From: Methylocystis sp.
GTDB lineage: Bacteria > Pseudomonadota > Alphaproteobacteria > Rhizobiales > Beijerinckiaceae
Assembly (NCBI GenBank): GCA_016177005.1
Contig: JACOWC010000053.1
Location: 1 to 61,371 of the forward strand
Direction of reading: 5' to 3'
DNA: 61,371 nt
The notes below the pieces were generated by a model. The model had not been told where the DNA came from and did not search any database. It worked only from the letters and a program-made list of their open reading frames with translations. The position numbers and the translations under genes were made by a program. How positions within the stretch are numbered: the stretch's first letter is position 1; every line of letters begins with the position of its first letter. This document shows positions 19,588 through 30,244 of this stretch, piece by piece.

Positions 19588-22500
19588 ATGTGCTCGATGA
19601 TCCTTGCCGAGACGGACGCAGACAACGCTCCCTTAACTCCGCGTCGCTTCGGCGTCGAGGCTCGCGCGCAATTCAGCGCCGAGCTTATTCACGACGCTTG
19701 CGCCGGGCGCGTGCGCATCCGCCATATGGGGTTGCGTGGCCGCGCGCCGCTGGCGCGGGCGGTGGAGGAGCGATTTCGGCGCCTTCCCGGCGTCCTCCAG
19801 GCGCGCGCAAGCGAATTGACCGGTTCGACTCTCGTCGAATTTCAGCCGCCGATGACGACCGCGCGGCTGATGCAGGCGCTTGAAGCGGCGATCGCTGAAG
19901 AGCCCGCGCGCAACGCGGGCGAGGGCTCGCGCGCCCCAGAAACTGCCGCTCATGCCGAGACGATCGAGGCGCTCGCCGGGCGATTGGAAACGAATGTCGC
20001 TTGCGGCTTAACGACAGCGGAAGCGGCCGCGAGATTGGAGAAATGGGGGCATAACGAGCTGCGTCGCGAGGAGCCGCGCTCGGCGGCGAGCATTTTCGCC
20101 GAGCAGATGACCAGCCTGCCGGTCGCCTTGCTCGCCGCATCGGCGGCGGTGTCGCTGGCGACCGGCGGAGTCGTCGATGCGGTGATGATTGCCGCCGTGG
20201 TGCTCGTCAACGCCGGCATCGCCACGGCCACCGAGCGTCAGGCGGATCGCACGATCTTGAGCCTTGCCGCCGAGGAGCCGTCGGACGCCGCCGTCTTCCG
20301 AGACGGCGCGCGAGTGAGGATCGAGTCGCGCGATCTCACGCCGGGCGACCTCTTATTGATCGAGCGCGGCGCGTTCGTTGCGGCCGACGCGCGCTTGATC
20401 GCCAGCGATGATCTGACGGTGAACGAATCGCCGCTCACCGGCGAGGCTCAACCGGCGCCCAAAGACGAAAAATTCATTTTGTCGCCCGAAACAGGAGTTC
20501 CGGATCGTCGCAATATGGTGTTTCGCGGAACGGCGGTGACCGGCGGATCAGGCGTGGCCATCGTCACCGCGGTCGGGGCGCATACGGAGATGGGCCGCGT
20601 GCAACAATTGCTGGGCGCGCTGCGGCCGCCGCCGACTCCCATACAGCGCGAACTGGGCGAGGTCGAGCGCGAACTTGTCGTCGTCAATGGTCTGATTTGC
20701 GCGAGCGTCTTCGCTCTTGGCCTTTTGCGCGGCCACGGGCTTATCCGCACTTTGCGCAGCGCGATCTCGCTTGCCGTGGCGGCAATTCCCGAAGGGCTGC
20801 CTGCGGTCGCAACCACCACGCTCGCTCTGGGCGTGCAAGACATGCGCAAGCGCAAAGTGCTGGTGCGCAAAATCGACGCCGTGGAGACGCTTGGGGCGGT
20901 TGAAACGATCGGGCTCGACAAGACCGGCACGCTCACCGAAAACCGCATGGCGACCGTCAGCGTTCACGCCGATGGCGCCGCCTTCGAGTTGCGACGCGGC
21001 CGCCTCTCGCGCGACGGCGCCGAGGCGCCTGCCGAGACGATCGCCATTGCGCGCCGGCTATTTGAGGTGGCGACGCTCTGCAGCGACGCCGGCGTAAGAC
21101 CCGCGGGGAGCGGTTGGGAAATCGATGGCACGCCGACAGAAACCGCGCTGATCGAAGCGGGCGTGGCGATGGAAATCGATCCGATCGCTTTGCGCCGGTC
21201 CGTTTGCACGGTGACCTGCGTGGCGCGCGGCGAAGGCCGCAAGCGCATGAGCACGCTCCACGAAGCGGCTGACGGCGCGCGCATTCTCTGCGTCAAAGGC
21301 GATCCGGTCGAGGTGCTCGCGCGCTGCGCCGCGCGCAGGACCGCCGATGGCGTCGCGCCGCTCGACGATGCGGCGCGCAGAGCCATTCTCAAGGCCAATG
21401 AGCGCATGGCCGGGGACGCGCTGCGCGTCCTCGGCGTCGCGGTCGGCGAAGCCGGCGGCGATCCGCGCGACGAGCGGGATCTCATATGGCTTGGCCTCGC
21501 CGGCATGGCGAATCCCATTCGCGCCAGCGTCGCCCCGGCGCTCAAACAGCTGCATCGCGCCGGCGTGCGCACGGTGATGATCACCGGCGATCAGAGCGCG
21601 ACGGCTTTCGCGATCGCTCGGCGGCTTGATCTCAATGACGGCGGCGAATTGCGCGTGCTTGAAGCCGGCCAGATGATGAAAATGCGCCCTGAGACGCTGG
21701 AGGCGCTGGCGAGACAACCGCATGTCTTCGCGCGCGTGAGCCCCGTCGACAAGCTCAACATCGTCAAGGCGTTGCAAGGGCATGGCCATATCGTCGCAAT
21801 GACCGGCGACGGCGTCAACGACGGCCCCGCCTTGCGGGCCGCGGACGTCGGCATCGCGATGGGCGGAGAAGGCGCCGACGTCGCCCGTCGGGTCGCCGAC
21901 ATCGTGCTCGCGACGGACGACATGGACGGCATTGTCGAGGCGATAAGGCTCGGCCGCGCCACTTATGCGAATATCCGCAAGGTGCTGCGTTATCTGGTCT
22001 CCACCAATGCGTCGGAGACCATCGCCATGTTCGGCGCCGCGCTGGTCGGCGGCGAGCCGTTGACGCCGATGCAGTTGCTCTGGCTCAATCTGGCGACTGA
22101 CGCGCTGCCGGCGATTGCGCTTGGAGTCGAGCCGCCGGAGCCCGATGTGCTCGACAAGCCGCCGCATGATCCGAAAGCGCCGATTCTCGGCGCCGCCGAT
22201 TTCCGGCGAATCCTGCGAGAGGGATCAGTCATGGGCGTCGCCGCCCTCTTGGGCTATTTCAGTCTTAACGGCGGCGCCGGCGGCGCGCGCGCCAGCACCG
22301 TCGCCTTTCACGGCATTACTTGCGGCCAGCTGCTCCACAGCCTCGCCTGCCGATCCGAGCTGCGGGGATTGAGCTTTGAGCCTGGCAGGTCCCCCAATGT
22401 GGCGCTTTACGGCGGCGTCGGCGCAACCCTGCTGGCGCAGGTCGGCGTGCAGCTCTTCACATTGACCAGACGGCTTCTCGGCCTGTCGCCGCTCGGCGCC

Positions 22501-22623
22501 GGCGACATCATGCGGATCGGCGCAATTGCGCTCGGCAGTTCGCTCGCTAACGATATCATTGGCAGGATGGCGGACCGCGCAGAGGCGCCGCCGCGCGCCA
22601 ACGGAGAAAGCCATGTCTCCTGA
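19588..22623 (+). CDS. P-type cation-transporting ATPase (type II-like) with N-terminal HMA-like domain
   Basis: LTGE, AIPEGLP, DKTGTLT, TGDGVNDGPAL; N-terminal GRVRIR...TGSTLVEF. Confidence 0.95.
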   Translation: MCSMILAETDADNAPLTPRRFGVEARAQFSAELIHDACAGRVRIRHMGLRGRAPLARAVEERFRRLPGVLQARASELTGSTLVEFQPPMTTARLMQALEAAIAEEPARNAGEGSRAPETAAHAETIEALAGRLETNVACGLTTAEAAARLEKWGHNELRREEPRSAASIFAEQMTSLPVALLAASAAVSLATGGVVDAVMIAAVVLVNAGIATATERQADRTILSLAAEEPSDAAVFRDGARVRIESRDLTPGDLLLIERGAFVAADARLIASDDLTVNESPLTGEAQPAPKDEKFILSPETGVPDRRNMVFRGTAVTGGSGVAIVTAVGAHTEMGRVQQLLGALRPPPTPIQRELGEVERELVVVNGLICASVFALGLLRGHGLIRTLRSAISLAVAAIPEGLPAVATTTLALGVQDMRKRKVLVRKIDAVETLGAVETIGLDKTGTLTENRMATVSVHADGAAFELRRGRLSRDGAEAPAETIAIARRLFEVATLCSDAGVRPAGSGWEIDGTPTETALIEAGVAMEIDPIALRRSVCTVTCVARGEGRKRMSTLHEAADGARILCVKGDPVEVLARCAARRTADGVAPLDDAARRAILKANERMAGDALRVLGVAVGEAGGDPRDERDLIWLGLAGMANPIRASVAPALKQLHRAGVRTVMITGDQSATAFAIARRLDLNDGGELRVLEAGQMMKMRPETLEALARQPHVFARVSPVDKLNIVKALQGHGHIVAMTGDGVNDGPALRAADVGIAMGGEGADVARRVADIVLATDDMDGIVEAIRLGRATYANIRKVLRYLVSTNASETIAMFGAALVGGEPLTPMQLLWLNLATDALPAIALGVEPPEPDVLDKPPHDPKAPILGAADFRRILREGSVMGVAALLGYFSLNGGAGGARASTVAFHGITCGQLLHSLACRSELRGLSFEPGRSPNVALYGGVGATLLAQVGVQLFTLTRRLLGLSPLGAGDIMRIGAIALGSSLANDIIGRMADRAEAPPRANGESHVS

Positions 22624-23794
22624 CATGATCTTCACGTCGGAGTCGGTGACGCCGGGACATCCCGACAAGCTCTGCGATCAGATCAGCGACGCGGCCATCG
22701 ATGCGCTGCTGCGCGAAGACGCGCGCGCGCGCGCCGCCGTGGAGTGCGCCCTGGCGACGGGCGTCGTCTTTCTCGCCGCGCGATACGCCGCCGACGCGCT
22801 CGTCGATTTGCCGGCGCTCGCCCGCAAGGTGATGCAAGACGCCGGCTATGCCGCGGGGAGCTTCGACGCGCGCAATTGCTCGATTCTCACAAGCTTGGTC
22901 GAATTGCCGCTCGACGCGCGCGAGCCGCCGCTCTCGGCGCTCGAAGATGACGCGGCGATCGGCAGGCGCGTGGCGCATGAGCAAGCCAATGTTTTCGGCT
23001 ACGCCTGCCGCGATACGCCTGAATTCATGCCGGCGCCGATCAGCCTCGCGCATAAGGTCGCACGCGCCCTCGATTCCGCTCGCCACGACGGATTTTCATC
23101 ACTGTCGCCTGACGCCAAGACACAAGTCTCTGTTGAATTTAGCGGCGGTCGCCCGACGCGCGTTCATGGCGTGTCGCTGACTGTCGCCTTTGACGGGGCG
23201 CCAATGGACGATGACAAGTTCGAACGTTTGCGCACGCTCGCGCTTTATGCGCTTTCAGGGAGCGACATGAAGCCTGACGCTCTAACGAAGGTTCATGTCA
23301 ACGCCGGCGAACCCTTTGAAATTGGCGGACCGGCGCGTCACGCCGGCCTGACCGGGCGCAAGAACGGAATCGACTCTTATGGCGAATTCGCGCGTCAGAG
23401 CGGCTCGGCGCTTTCGGGCAAGGACCCTTCGCGCATCGAGCGCGCCGGCGCTTACGCCGCCCGCCACGCCGCCAAGAACATCGTCGCGGCGGGCCTCGCC
23501 GAGCGCTGCGAGGTTCACCTGGCTTATGCGGCGGGGCAGGCGGAGCCGCTCAGTCTCTCGGTCGAAACTTTCGGCTCCGGCCGTCGCGCGGATGAGAAAC
23601 TCGCCAAGAGGCTCGCAGAGCTTCTGGATTTCCGTCCTGCCGCGATCGTCCGCCGCTTCGGCTTGCGCGCCGCGCCGCAAACCGCGGGCGCGAGAGGCTT
23701 CTACCTCCCGCTCGCCACCTATGGCCATTTCGGTCGGGCCGATCTCGACCTCCCCTGGGAAGCGATTGACGTCGCCGAGGCGCTGAGGAGCTAG
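22613..23794 (+). CDS. metK: Divergent S-adenosylmethionine synthetase paralogue
   Basis: SESVTPGHPDKLCDQISDA, PDAKTQV, GLTGRK, LSGKDPS, YGHFGR. Confidence 0.85.
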   Translation: MSPDMIFTSESVTPGHPDKLCDQISDAAIDALLREDARARAAVECALATGVVFLAARYAADALVDLPALARKVMQDAGYAAGSFDARNCSILTSLVELPLDAREPPLSALEDDAAIGRRVAHEQANVFGYACRDTPEFMPAPISLAHKVARALDSARHDGFSSLSPDAKTQVSVEFSGGRPTRVHGVSLTVAFDGAPMDDDKFERLRTLALYALSGSDMKPDALTKVHVNAGEPFEIGGPARHAGLTGRKNGIDSYGEFARQSGSALSGKDPSRIERAGAYAARHAAKNIVAAGLAERCEVHLAYAAGQAEPLSLSVETFGSGRRADEKLAKRLAELLDFRPAAIVRRFGLRAAPQTAGARGFYLPLATYGHFGRADLDLPWEAIDVAEALRS

Positions 23795-23912
23795 ATCACG
23801 CTGCATTTGGGCGGAATCGCCCAAATGCGGATGACGTGATCGATTCCAAAAGCATAGAGCGCGCTTTGCGCGAAAAACCGGATTCTACTTTTTCGCGAGC
23901 CGCGCTCTACGC

Positions 23913-24319
23913 CTACTCCCCATTTTCGCCGGCGCCGTTCAGCGACCATAGGCCGCCGAGCCGGCTCGCGTACCAAAGCAAAGTGATCGCCGGCGGCAAG
24001 AAGCGCTCTCTCGACATTTGCCAGAGCGCCGCGGCGAACAGCGCGAGCGCCGCGATGACCTGCGGGTCGATCGAGAATTCCGCCGTCTCGCGCGGAGCCC
24101 GAGGCGCTCGCCGATGCGCGCCAAGGGGCCGCTGTGCTGAATGAGAACGCTGCCGGTCATCGGCGCCACTTCGACGGCGCGAACGCCGGCGATCGCCGAA
24201 AGAACCTTGGAGACTGAAGCGAAGTAAGCGGCGTCGCCGCGACGGTCGGCGACGCGGAGCCGCGCGCGGCCCGGCATGGCGTGGGCGACTTGCGCCAATG
24301 GCAAAGTTGCGACGCTCAT
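23913..24319 (-). pseudogene. HMA2-like domain membrane protein, frameshifted near 24105
   Basis: HAMPGRARLRV...TGSVLIQH in one frame; hydrophobic IDPQVIAALAL...LPPAITLLWYA tail in another. Confidence 0.65.
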
Positions 24320-24676
24320 TTATGCGCTCTCGCGCGCGGCCGGCGACCCGGAGGCTTCGCCCGTCGGCGCTGCGCTCTCCGACTTCGGGGTCGTCGCCGG
24401 TTTCGTCTCGGCTCCGGCTTGCGCAGCTTTCGCCTGAGCGCCGGCCATCGCTGCGGCAAAAATATCGGCGGCTGCTTCCGCCTTCGCTTCGGCAAAGAGA
24501 TCCTCGGCGGCTTCGGCGAGTTCGGCGCCCTGCACACGCGCTTCGTGATAGGCCATCATCGCCGCTTTCAGCGCCGCTTTGGCGACCGGCCGCACGCGCT
24601 GCGCCCTTTGACGGTTGAGAAGCAAAACCGCAGCTGCGCCCGTCAAAGCGCCTAATGCAAATCCAAAGGGTTTCAT
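24320..24676 (-). CDS. DUF5132-like small protein
   Basis: MKPFGFALGALTG...RPVAKAALK...AEAAEDLFAEAKAE. Confidence 0.65.
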   Translation of the reverse strand: MKPFGFALGALTGAAAVLLLNRQRAQRVRPVAKAALKAAMMAYHEARVQGAELAEAAEDLFAEAKAEAAADIFAAAMAGAQAKAAQAGAETKPATTPKSESAAPTGEASGSPAARESA

Positions 24677-24870
24677 GGTTGCGACTCCGGTCCGGTTCGC
24701 TCCTGGCGTCTCCACCATAAAGCGGCGACGGAGCCACGAATTTATCAACACATCCTATCATGCAGCAATCGACGCGCCTGCGAAAAGTGCGCGACGACGG
24801 CGTCACATCATTGTCGCGATGGACATCCTATGACCTGCGGCTGCGCCCTGATCAGCCGGGAAAAGAAGCT

Positions 24871-25884
24871 GTGACCGCAATATCCCGTATCCAAACGCCG
24901 GACCGCCTGCTTCCAGCGGAGACGAACGGCCAGACGGTGGCGCGCTATCTCGTGATGTCCGTTCCCGTGGCCGGCTGGCAGGAGAGCGCCGGCGAAGCGC
25001 GCGCGCGGATGATCGGGCAGCGATTCGACGACGCTTCGCATGTTTTCCTTCTTTGCGAAGACAGTCGCCTCGTCGGCGTCGTCGCCATACGCGATCTCCT
25101 TGGCGCAGCCGAGGCGACATCGCTGCAAGACATCGCGCGAGCGGCCGAGGCCTATAGCGTTTCCTTTGATGCGGATCGTGAAGATGCGGCGAGCGTCGCC
25201 ATTCGCTCAGGGCTTTCGATCCTGGCCGTCTGCGATGCGGAGGGCAGATTTCTCGGCGCCGTGCCGGCCCGCGCGCTGATGACGATTTTACGCGACGAGC
25301 ATCTCGAGGATCTGCATCATATGGCGGGCATTCTCGGCAAGTCAGAGGCCGCGAAAGACGCGCTGACGGCGGCGCCGCATCGTCGTGCGCTTTATCGATT
25401 GCCCTGGCTGCTCTTCGGCATGGCGGGCAGCGCCGCGGCGACCGCGATGATGTCGCGCTTCGAAGCCGCGCTGAGCGCTCATATTGCGGTCGCCTTCTTC
25501 ATTCCCGCAATTGTCTATCTCGCCGATTCCGTCGGCACGCAATCGGAAGTCGTCGTCGTCCGCGGCTTGTCGCTGACCGATTCGGCTTTGTTGCCGCTCT
25601 TCGCGGGCGAACTTGGCACCGGCGCGCTGCTTGGTTCGATGCTCGGGTGCCTCGCCTTCCCGATTGTCTGGTTTTTCTTTTCGAGCGTCGGGCTTGCCGC
25701 GACCGTCGGCATTTCACTGGCCGTGGCGAGCACGATCGCGACGGCGTTCGGGTTTCTGATGCCCTGGATTTTCGCGAGGCTCGGCTATGACGCGGCGCTC
25801 GGCTCCGGCCCGGTCGCGACCGTGGTGCAGGACACTTTTTCGCTCATGACCTATTTCGTCTTCGCCTCTTGGCTCGTGTTCTGA
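24871..25884 (+). CDS. MgtE-family magnesium transporter (CBS pair + TM domain)
   Basis: CBS domains, RLPWLL, VGTQS, SGPVATVVQD. Confidence 0.88.
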   Translation: MTAISRIQTPDRLLPAETNGQTVARYLVMSVPVAGWQESAGEARARMIGQRFDDASHVFLLCEDSRLVGVVAIRDLLGAAEATSLQDIARAAEAYSVSFDADREDAASVAIRSGLSILAVCDAEGRFLGAVPARALMTILRDEHLEDLHHMAGILGKSEAAKDALTAAPHRRALYRLPWLLFGMAGSAAATAMMSRFEAALSAHIAVAFFIPAIVYLADSVGTQSEVVVVRGLSLTDSALLPLFAGELGTGALLGSMLGCLAFPIVWFFFSSVGLAATVGISLAVASTIATAFGFLMPWIFARLGYDAALGSGPVATVVQDTFSLMTYFVFASWLVF

Positions 25885-27849
25885 ACCGCGTCGATCGCGA
25901 CGCCGGAAGGCCGCGACGCCGCAAGGTTCGAGAATTGGCCCGTCGAGCAACAGAGATGCTTCGCCGACGAGCGCCGAGATGTCCGTCGCCTCGGCCCCAT
26001 AGTTGAAGATGTAGCGCATCGCGCCATTGTCGCGGATGCGGATATCCTCCGGAAGATCGAGCGTCGATAGTTGAGCGGCGCGGAAAACCCGACGCAGGAC
26101 GCTTGCCAGCAATTCTTCGTCGGGCCAGCCAGAAAGATAAAAGACGTTGTCGCATCGCGCGAGCGCAACCTCGCCATCCTCCGAGGCGAGTTCACGCCGA
26201 ACGCTCTCTCCGAGCAGCAAAGATTCGCGCCACCGCACGAAGGCGCCCTGTTTCGGGATATGAATCCGTGCGCCGGTCCGAAGACTCTCCATGCGTCTGA
26301 CGCGAATGTCGATGAGGCTTCGCATGATTCCTGGAGGCAGTTCCGCCGGTATCTGAAAGTCGGCCGTTTTTGATCCGGCGCGCGGACCGAGCAGCATCGT
26401 CGCGCCGCTTTCCGCCAGCGCCTTCGTTAACTCTTGAGAGGGCGCAAAGAGCGCGGGCGCGATGATCAGCCGGCGTTCGGCGACGGCCGCCGCGGTCGGC
26501 GGAACGACGTCGACGGAAAGGCCGGCGCGGCGCAAGCCTCGGTAAATGGACAGCACGAGATCGAAGTAGGAGAAGTCCTGGCCTTGCGGTTCGATGCGCC
26601 ACGCCCAGGCGCTCTCATAGTCGAAGATCAGCGCAACCGGCGCGCGAACCGTGTCGACGCGCGCATCGAGCATGGCGAGTTCTCTCGAAATGCGCGCGAC
26701 GATATGAAAGCCTTCGTTCGGTTCGGCGTTCGGCAGCAGCAACCCTTCATGCATCTGCTCTTGCGCGAAGGGCGCCTGGCGCCAGCGAAAATAGCTCACG
26801 GCCTCGGCCCCGGCGGCGAAGGCCTCGAAGGTCCAGAGCCGCACCGCGCCTTGCGCGGGCGCCGGATTCCACGGCGCCCAATTCACCGGCCCCGGTTGCT
26901 GCTCCATCACCTGCCATCCGCCGCGTCCGCAGGCGCGGTAGAGATCGTGATGAAAGGCTTGAAAGTCGGGATCGCCGACCCGCAGGTAGCGCAGCTTGAA
27001 ATCGTCGTCGTGCGATGAGCGTTCGAGAAAGCCGAGCGGGTAGCTGTCCCACGCGGCGACGTCGAGATCGTCTGAGAGCGCGTAATGGTCAAAGTCGACG
27101 AACGATCCCATGAAATTATGGAGGATCGTCGCGCCCGGCGCATGAGGCCTGATGATCTCAACCTGGCGTCGGTTGAAGGCGACGACCTGATCCGACGAGA
27201 AGCGCTGGAAATCCATCAGATGCGAGGGGTTGGCCTCGGTGACGGTCAGATTGGGCAGCTCGATTTCGTCAAAGCTTCGATATTCCATCGACCAGAAAAC
27301 ATTGCCCCAGGCGTCGTTCAGCGTTTCGATCGAGCGATATTTCGTCTCGCACCATTTGCGAAACGCCCGCAGCGCCGCCGGCGAATAGCTCAGCACGGTG
27401 TCATGACAGCCATATTCATTGTCGGTCTGCCACGCGGCGATTGCGGGATGCGCGCCGAAAGCGCCCGCCAGACGCTCGACGATGCGGTCGCATTCGCGAG
27501 CGTAGCCTTCATGGCTGAAACAATAGTGCCGTCGCGAACCGAATTTGCGCGGCCTGCCGTCGGCGTCGAGCGCCGCCATATCGGGCATTTTGTCGACAAG
27601 CCATTTGGGCGGCGTCGCCGTTGGCGTTCCAAGCACGACTTTAAGGCCTGCGCGATCAAGCGCGTCGATGGCGCGGCCCAGCCATTCGAAACGATAGTCG
27701 CCGTCGCGCGGCTCCAGCCGCGACCATGCGAATTCGCCGATACGCACGAAGGAAAGGCCTATCTCCTTCATTAACCCGGCGTCTTCGCTCCAGCGTGACT
27801 CGGGCCAATGTTCAGGATAGTAGCAAACGCCAAGGCGTTGACGGGTCAT
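25714..27849 (-). CDS. Beta-galactosidase, GH42
   Basis: GVCYYPEHWP, IGEFAWSRLEP, DNEYGCH, VMEQQPGPVNW, YFRWRQ..AQEQMH. Confidence 0.95.
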   Translation of the reverse strand: MTRQRLGVCYYPEHWPESRWSEDAGLMKEIGLSFVRIGEFAWSRLEPRDGDYRFEWLGRAIDALDRAGLKVVLGTPTATPPKWLVDKMPDMAALDADGRPRKFGSRRHYCFSHEGYARECDRIVERLAGAFGAHPAIAAWQTDNEYGCHDTVLSYSPAALRAFRKWCETKYRSIETLNDAWGNVFWSMEYRSFDEIELPNLTVTEANPSHLMDFQRFSSDQVVAFNRRQVEIIRPHAPGATILHNFMGSFVDFDHYALSDDLDVAAWDSYPLGFLERSSHDDDFKLRYLRVGDPDFQAFHHDLYRACGRGGWQVMEQQPGPVNWAPWNPAPAQGAVRLWTFEAFAAGAEAVSYFRWRQAPFAQEQMHEGLLLPNAEPNEGFHIVARISRELAMLDARVDTVRAPVALIFDYESAWAWRIEPQGQDFSYFDLVLSIYRGLRRAGLSVDVVPPTAAAVAERRLIIAPALFAPSQELTKALAESGATMLLGPRAGSKTADFQIPAELPPGIMRSLIDIRVRRMESLRTGARIHIPKQGAFVRWRESLLLGESVRRELASEDGEVALARCDNVFYLSGWPDEELLASVLRRVFRAAQLSTLDLPEDIRIRDNGAMRYIFNYGAEATDISALVGEASLLLDGPILEPCGVAAFRRRDRRGSEHEPRGEDEIGHERKSVLHHGRDRAGAERRVIAEPRENPGHQKPERRRDRARHGQ

Positions 27850-27925
27850 GCGCAGACGATCATTGGATTTTCCCTATCGCGCGTTCGATGCGGCGTCGCT
27901 TTGACGGTTTGATGACAATGGGACT

Positions 27926-29098
27926 GTGGCTGGAATGGAGTCGAGGATCGAGCGAGATCTGATCGTAGCCTTCCGCCAGAGTTTCGCGCGCGAACCGCGC
28001 CTTTTCCGGGCGCCCGGCCGCATCAATCTCATTGGCGAGCACGTCGATTACAACGACGGCTTCGTCATGCCGGCGGCGCTGGACCTCTCGATCTGGGCCG
28101 CAATTGCGCCGCGCGCGGATCGGCGTCTGCGCATACGCTCGCTCATTATGGACGAAATCGTCGAATTTGATCTCGACGAAGCAAACGCGCGGCCGCGCGG
28201 CGATTGGACCGACTATGTCCGCGGCGTCGCGATTTTTCTTGAGCAGGCCGGCTACAGGCTCAGCGGCGCCGATCTCGTCTTCAATGGAAATCTCCCGATC
28301 GGCGCGGGACTCTCGGCCTCCGCGGCGTTCGAAGTTTCGGCAGGCTTTGCGCTCTTGACGATCTCCGGCGCAAAGGTCGACAGAGTCGAACTCGCCGGGA
28401 TTTGCCAGCGCGCTGAAAATCAGTTCGTCGGCGTTCGCTGCGGCATTATGGACCAGTATATCTCGTGCTGCGCCGTCGCCGGGAGCGCGCTGCTGCTCGA
28501 CTGCCGCAGTCTTACGGCGCGGAAGGTCGCGATCGATCCGCAAGCGCGTCTCGTGCTGTGCGACACCATGGTGCGACATCGGCTCGCAAGCGACGAATAT
28601 AATTTGCGTCGCGAGGACTGCGAGCGCGCGGTCGCGGCGCTGTCGACGCGGATCGCCGGGATAGCGGCGTTGCGGGACGTGACTTTCGCCCAATTGATGC
28701 GATGCGCCGATTCCATGCCCGAACGCGTCTTTCGTCGCGCCCGTCACGTTGTTGGCGAGATTGATCGAACGCTGCGCGCCGCCGCCGCGCTCGATGCGGG
28801 CGATCTCAATGAATGCGGCCGTCTCATGAATCTTTCGCATGAAAGCCTGCGCGACGACTATCAGGTGAGCTGCGCAGAGCTCGATCTCATGGTCGATCTC
28901 GCGCGCCGCATTCCTGGCGTCTACGGCGCGCGGATGATGGGCGGCGGCTTTGGCGGCTGCACCATCAATCTTGTCGATGGCAAGCGAGCCGAGGCTTTCG
29001 CGCAGTCCATGACCGAGAGATATCGAACGGCGACCGGCGTTACGCCGCCCATCCTCACCTGCGTCCCCGGTCCTGGCGCGGGCCCAGCCGGCCTATAG
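27926..29098 (+). CDS. galK: Galactokinase
   Basis: APGRINLIGEHVDYNDG, PIGAGLSASAA, CGIMDQ, GARMMGGGFGG. Confidence 0.96.
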   Translation: MAGMESRIERDLIVAFRQSFAREPRLFRAPGRINLIGEHVDYNDGFVMPAALDLSIWAAIAPRADRRLRIRSLIMDEIVEFDLDEANARPRGDWTDYVRGVAIFLEQAGYRLSGADLVFNGNLPIGAGLSASAAFEVSAGFALLTISGAKVDRVELAGICQRAENQFVGVRCGIMDQYISCCAVAGSALLLDCRSLTARKVAIDPQARLVLCDTMVRHRLASDEYNLRREDCERAVAALSTRIAGIAALRDVTFAQLMRCADSMPERVFRRARHVVGEIDRTLRAAAALDAGDLNECGRLMNLSHESLRDDYQVSCAELDLMVDLARRIPGVYGARMMGGGFGGCTINLVDGKRAEAFAQSMTERYRTATGVTPPILTCVPGPGAGPAGL

Positions 29099-29107
29099 GA
29101 GTAGCGC

Positions 29108-30157
29108 TTGTCTTTGCTCAATAGCGCCTCGCATCGCCGGCTCAATCAACTGACGGGCGAGTGGGTTCTTGTCTCGCCGCATCGGACCAGCCGCCCCTGG
29201 CAAGGACAGGTCGAGAAGGTCCGCGACGCAGAGCGGCCGCAATATGATCCGTGCTGCTATCTATGTCCGGGAAATGATCGCGCGAATGGGGCGCGAAACC
29301 CGCCATACGAGGGCGTCTTCGCCTTCGACAACGACTTTGCCGCGCTCACGCCGCAGGCGCCAGCGGCGGCATTCGCGCAGGACGGACTGCTTGTCGCCGA
29401 AAGCGAGCCAGGCCTATGCCGCGTGCTGTGCTTTTCGGAGCGTCACGATCTGACCTTGTCGCGCATGACCGTCGCGGAGATCGTTCCCGTCATCGAGGCA
29501 TGGCGCGAGGAAACGATGCGCCTTGGCGCTCTCGACATGATCAACCATGTGCAAATTTTCGAAAATCGCGGCGCGGCGATGGGCGCGAGCAATCCGCATC
29601 CCCACTGTCAGATTTGGGCGACGCACAGCATCCCCAATGAAGCGCTCAAGGAATTGACGCGCCAAAGCGCCTATCTGGCGCAGCACGGCGCTTGCCTTCT
29701 ATGCGATTATCTGGCGCTCGAAGAAAAGCTCGCCGAGCGGATCGTTTGCCGCAACGATCATTTCGTCGCGCTTGTTCCGTTCTGGGCGATCTGGCCGTTC
29801 GAAACGATGGTGCTGGCGACAAGGCATGTCGGCGCCTTTGACGAACTTACCGGAGAAGAGACGCGCGCCCTCGCCGATATCCTTCGGCGCCTGACCATTC
29901 GCTACGACAATCTGTTTGAGACCGACTTTCCCTATTCGATGGGAATTCACCAGCGTCCCACGGACAGCGCGCCCCACGCCGGCTGGCATTTTCATGCGCA
30001 TTTCTATCCGCCGCTCTTGCGTTCGGCGAGCGTGCGGAAGTTTATGGTGGGATTCGAAATGCTCGGCGAACCCCAGCGCGACATCACGCCGGAAGCGGCG
30101 GCGGCGCGACTTCGCGACGTTTCCGAAATCCATTTCCTCGATCAGGCCGCCCGGTGA
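29108..30157 (+). CDS. galT: Galactose-1-phosphate uridylyltransferase
   Basis: [40 protein letters not shown]. Confidence 0.96.
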   Translation: MSLLNSASHRRLNQLTGEWVLVSPHRTSRPWQGQVEKVRDAERPQYDPCCYLCPGNDRANGARNPPYEGVFAFDNDFAALTPQAPAAAFAQDGLLVAESEPGLCRVLCFSERHDLTLSRMTVAEIVPVIEAWREETMRLGALDMINHVQIFENRGAAMGASNPHPHCQIWATHSIPNEALKELTRQSAYLAQHGACLLCDYLALEEKLAERIVCRNDHFVALVPFWAIWPFETMVLATRHVGAFDELTGEETRALADILRRLTIRYDNLFETDFPYSMGIHQRPTDSAPHAGWHFHAHFYPPLLRSASVRKFMVGFEMLGEPQRDITPEAAAARLRDVSEIHFLDQAAR

Positions 30158-30244
30158 GCGGGGGCACGATTGATCGGCGCCGCGCGGCTGCGCATATAAC
30201 GGATTAGGTCCACAAGGCGCGCCGTTTGCGGGAGGATCGGCGAA

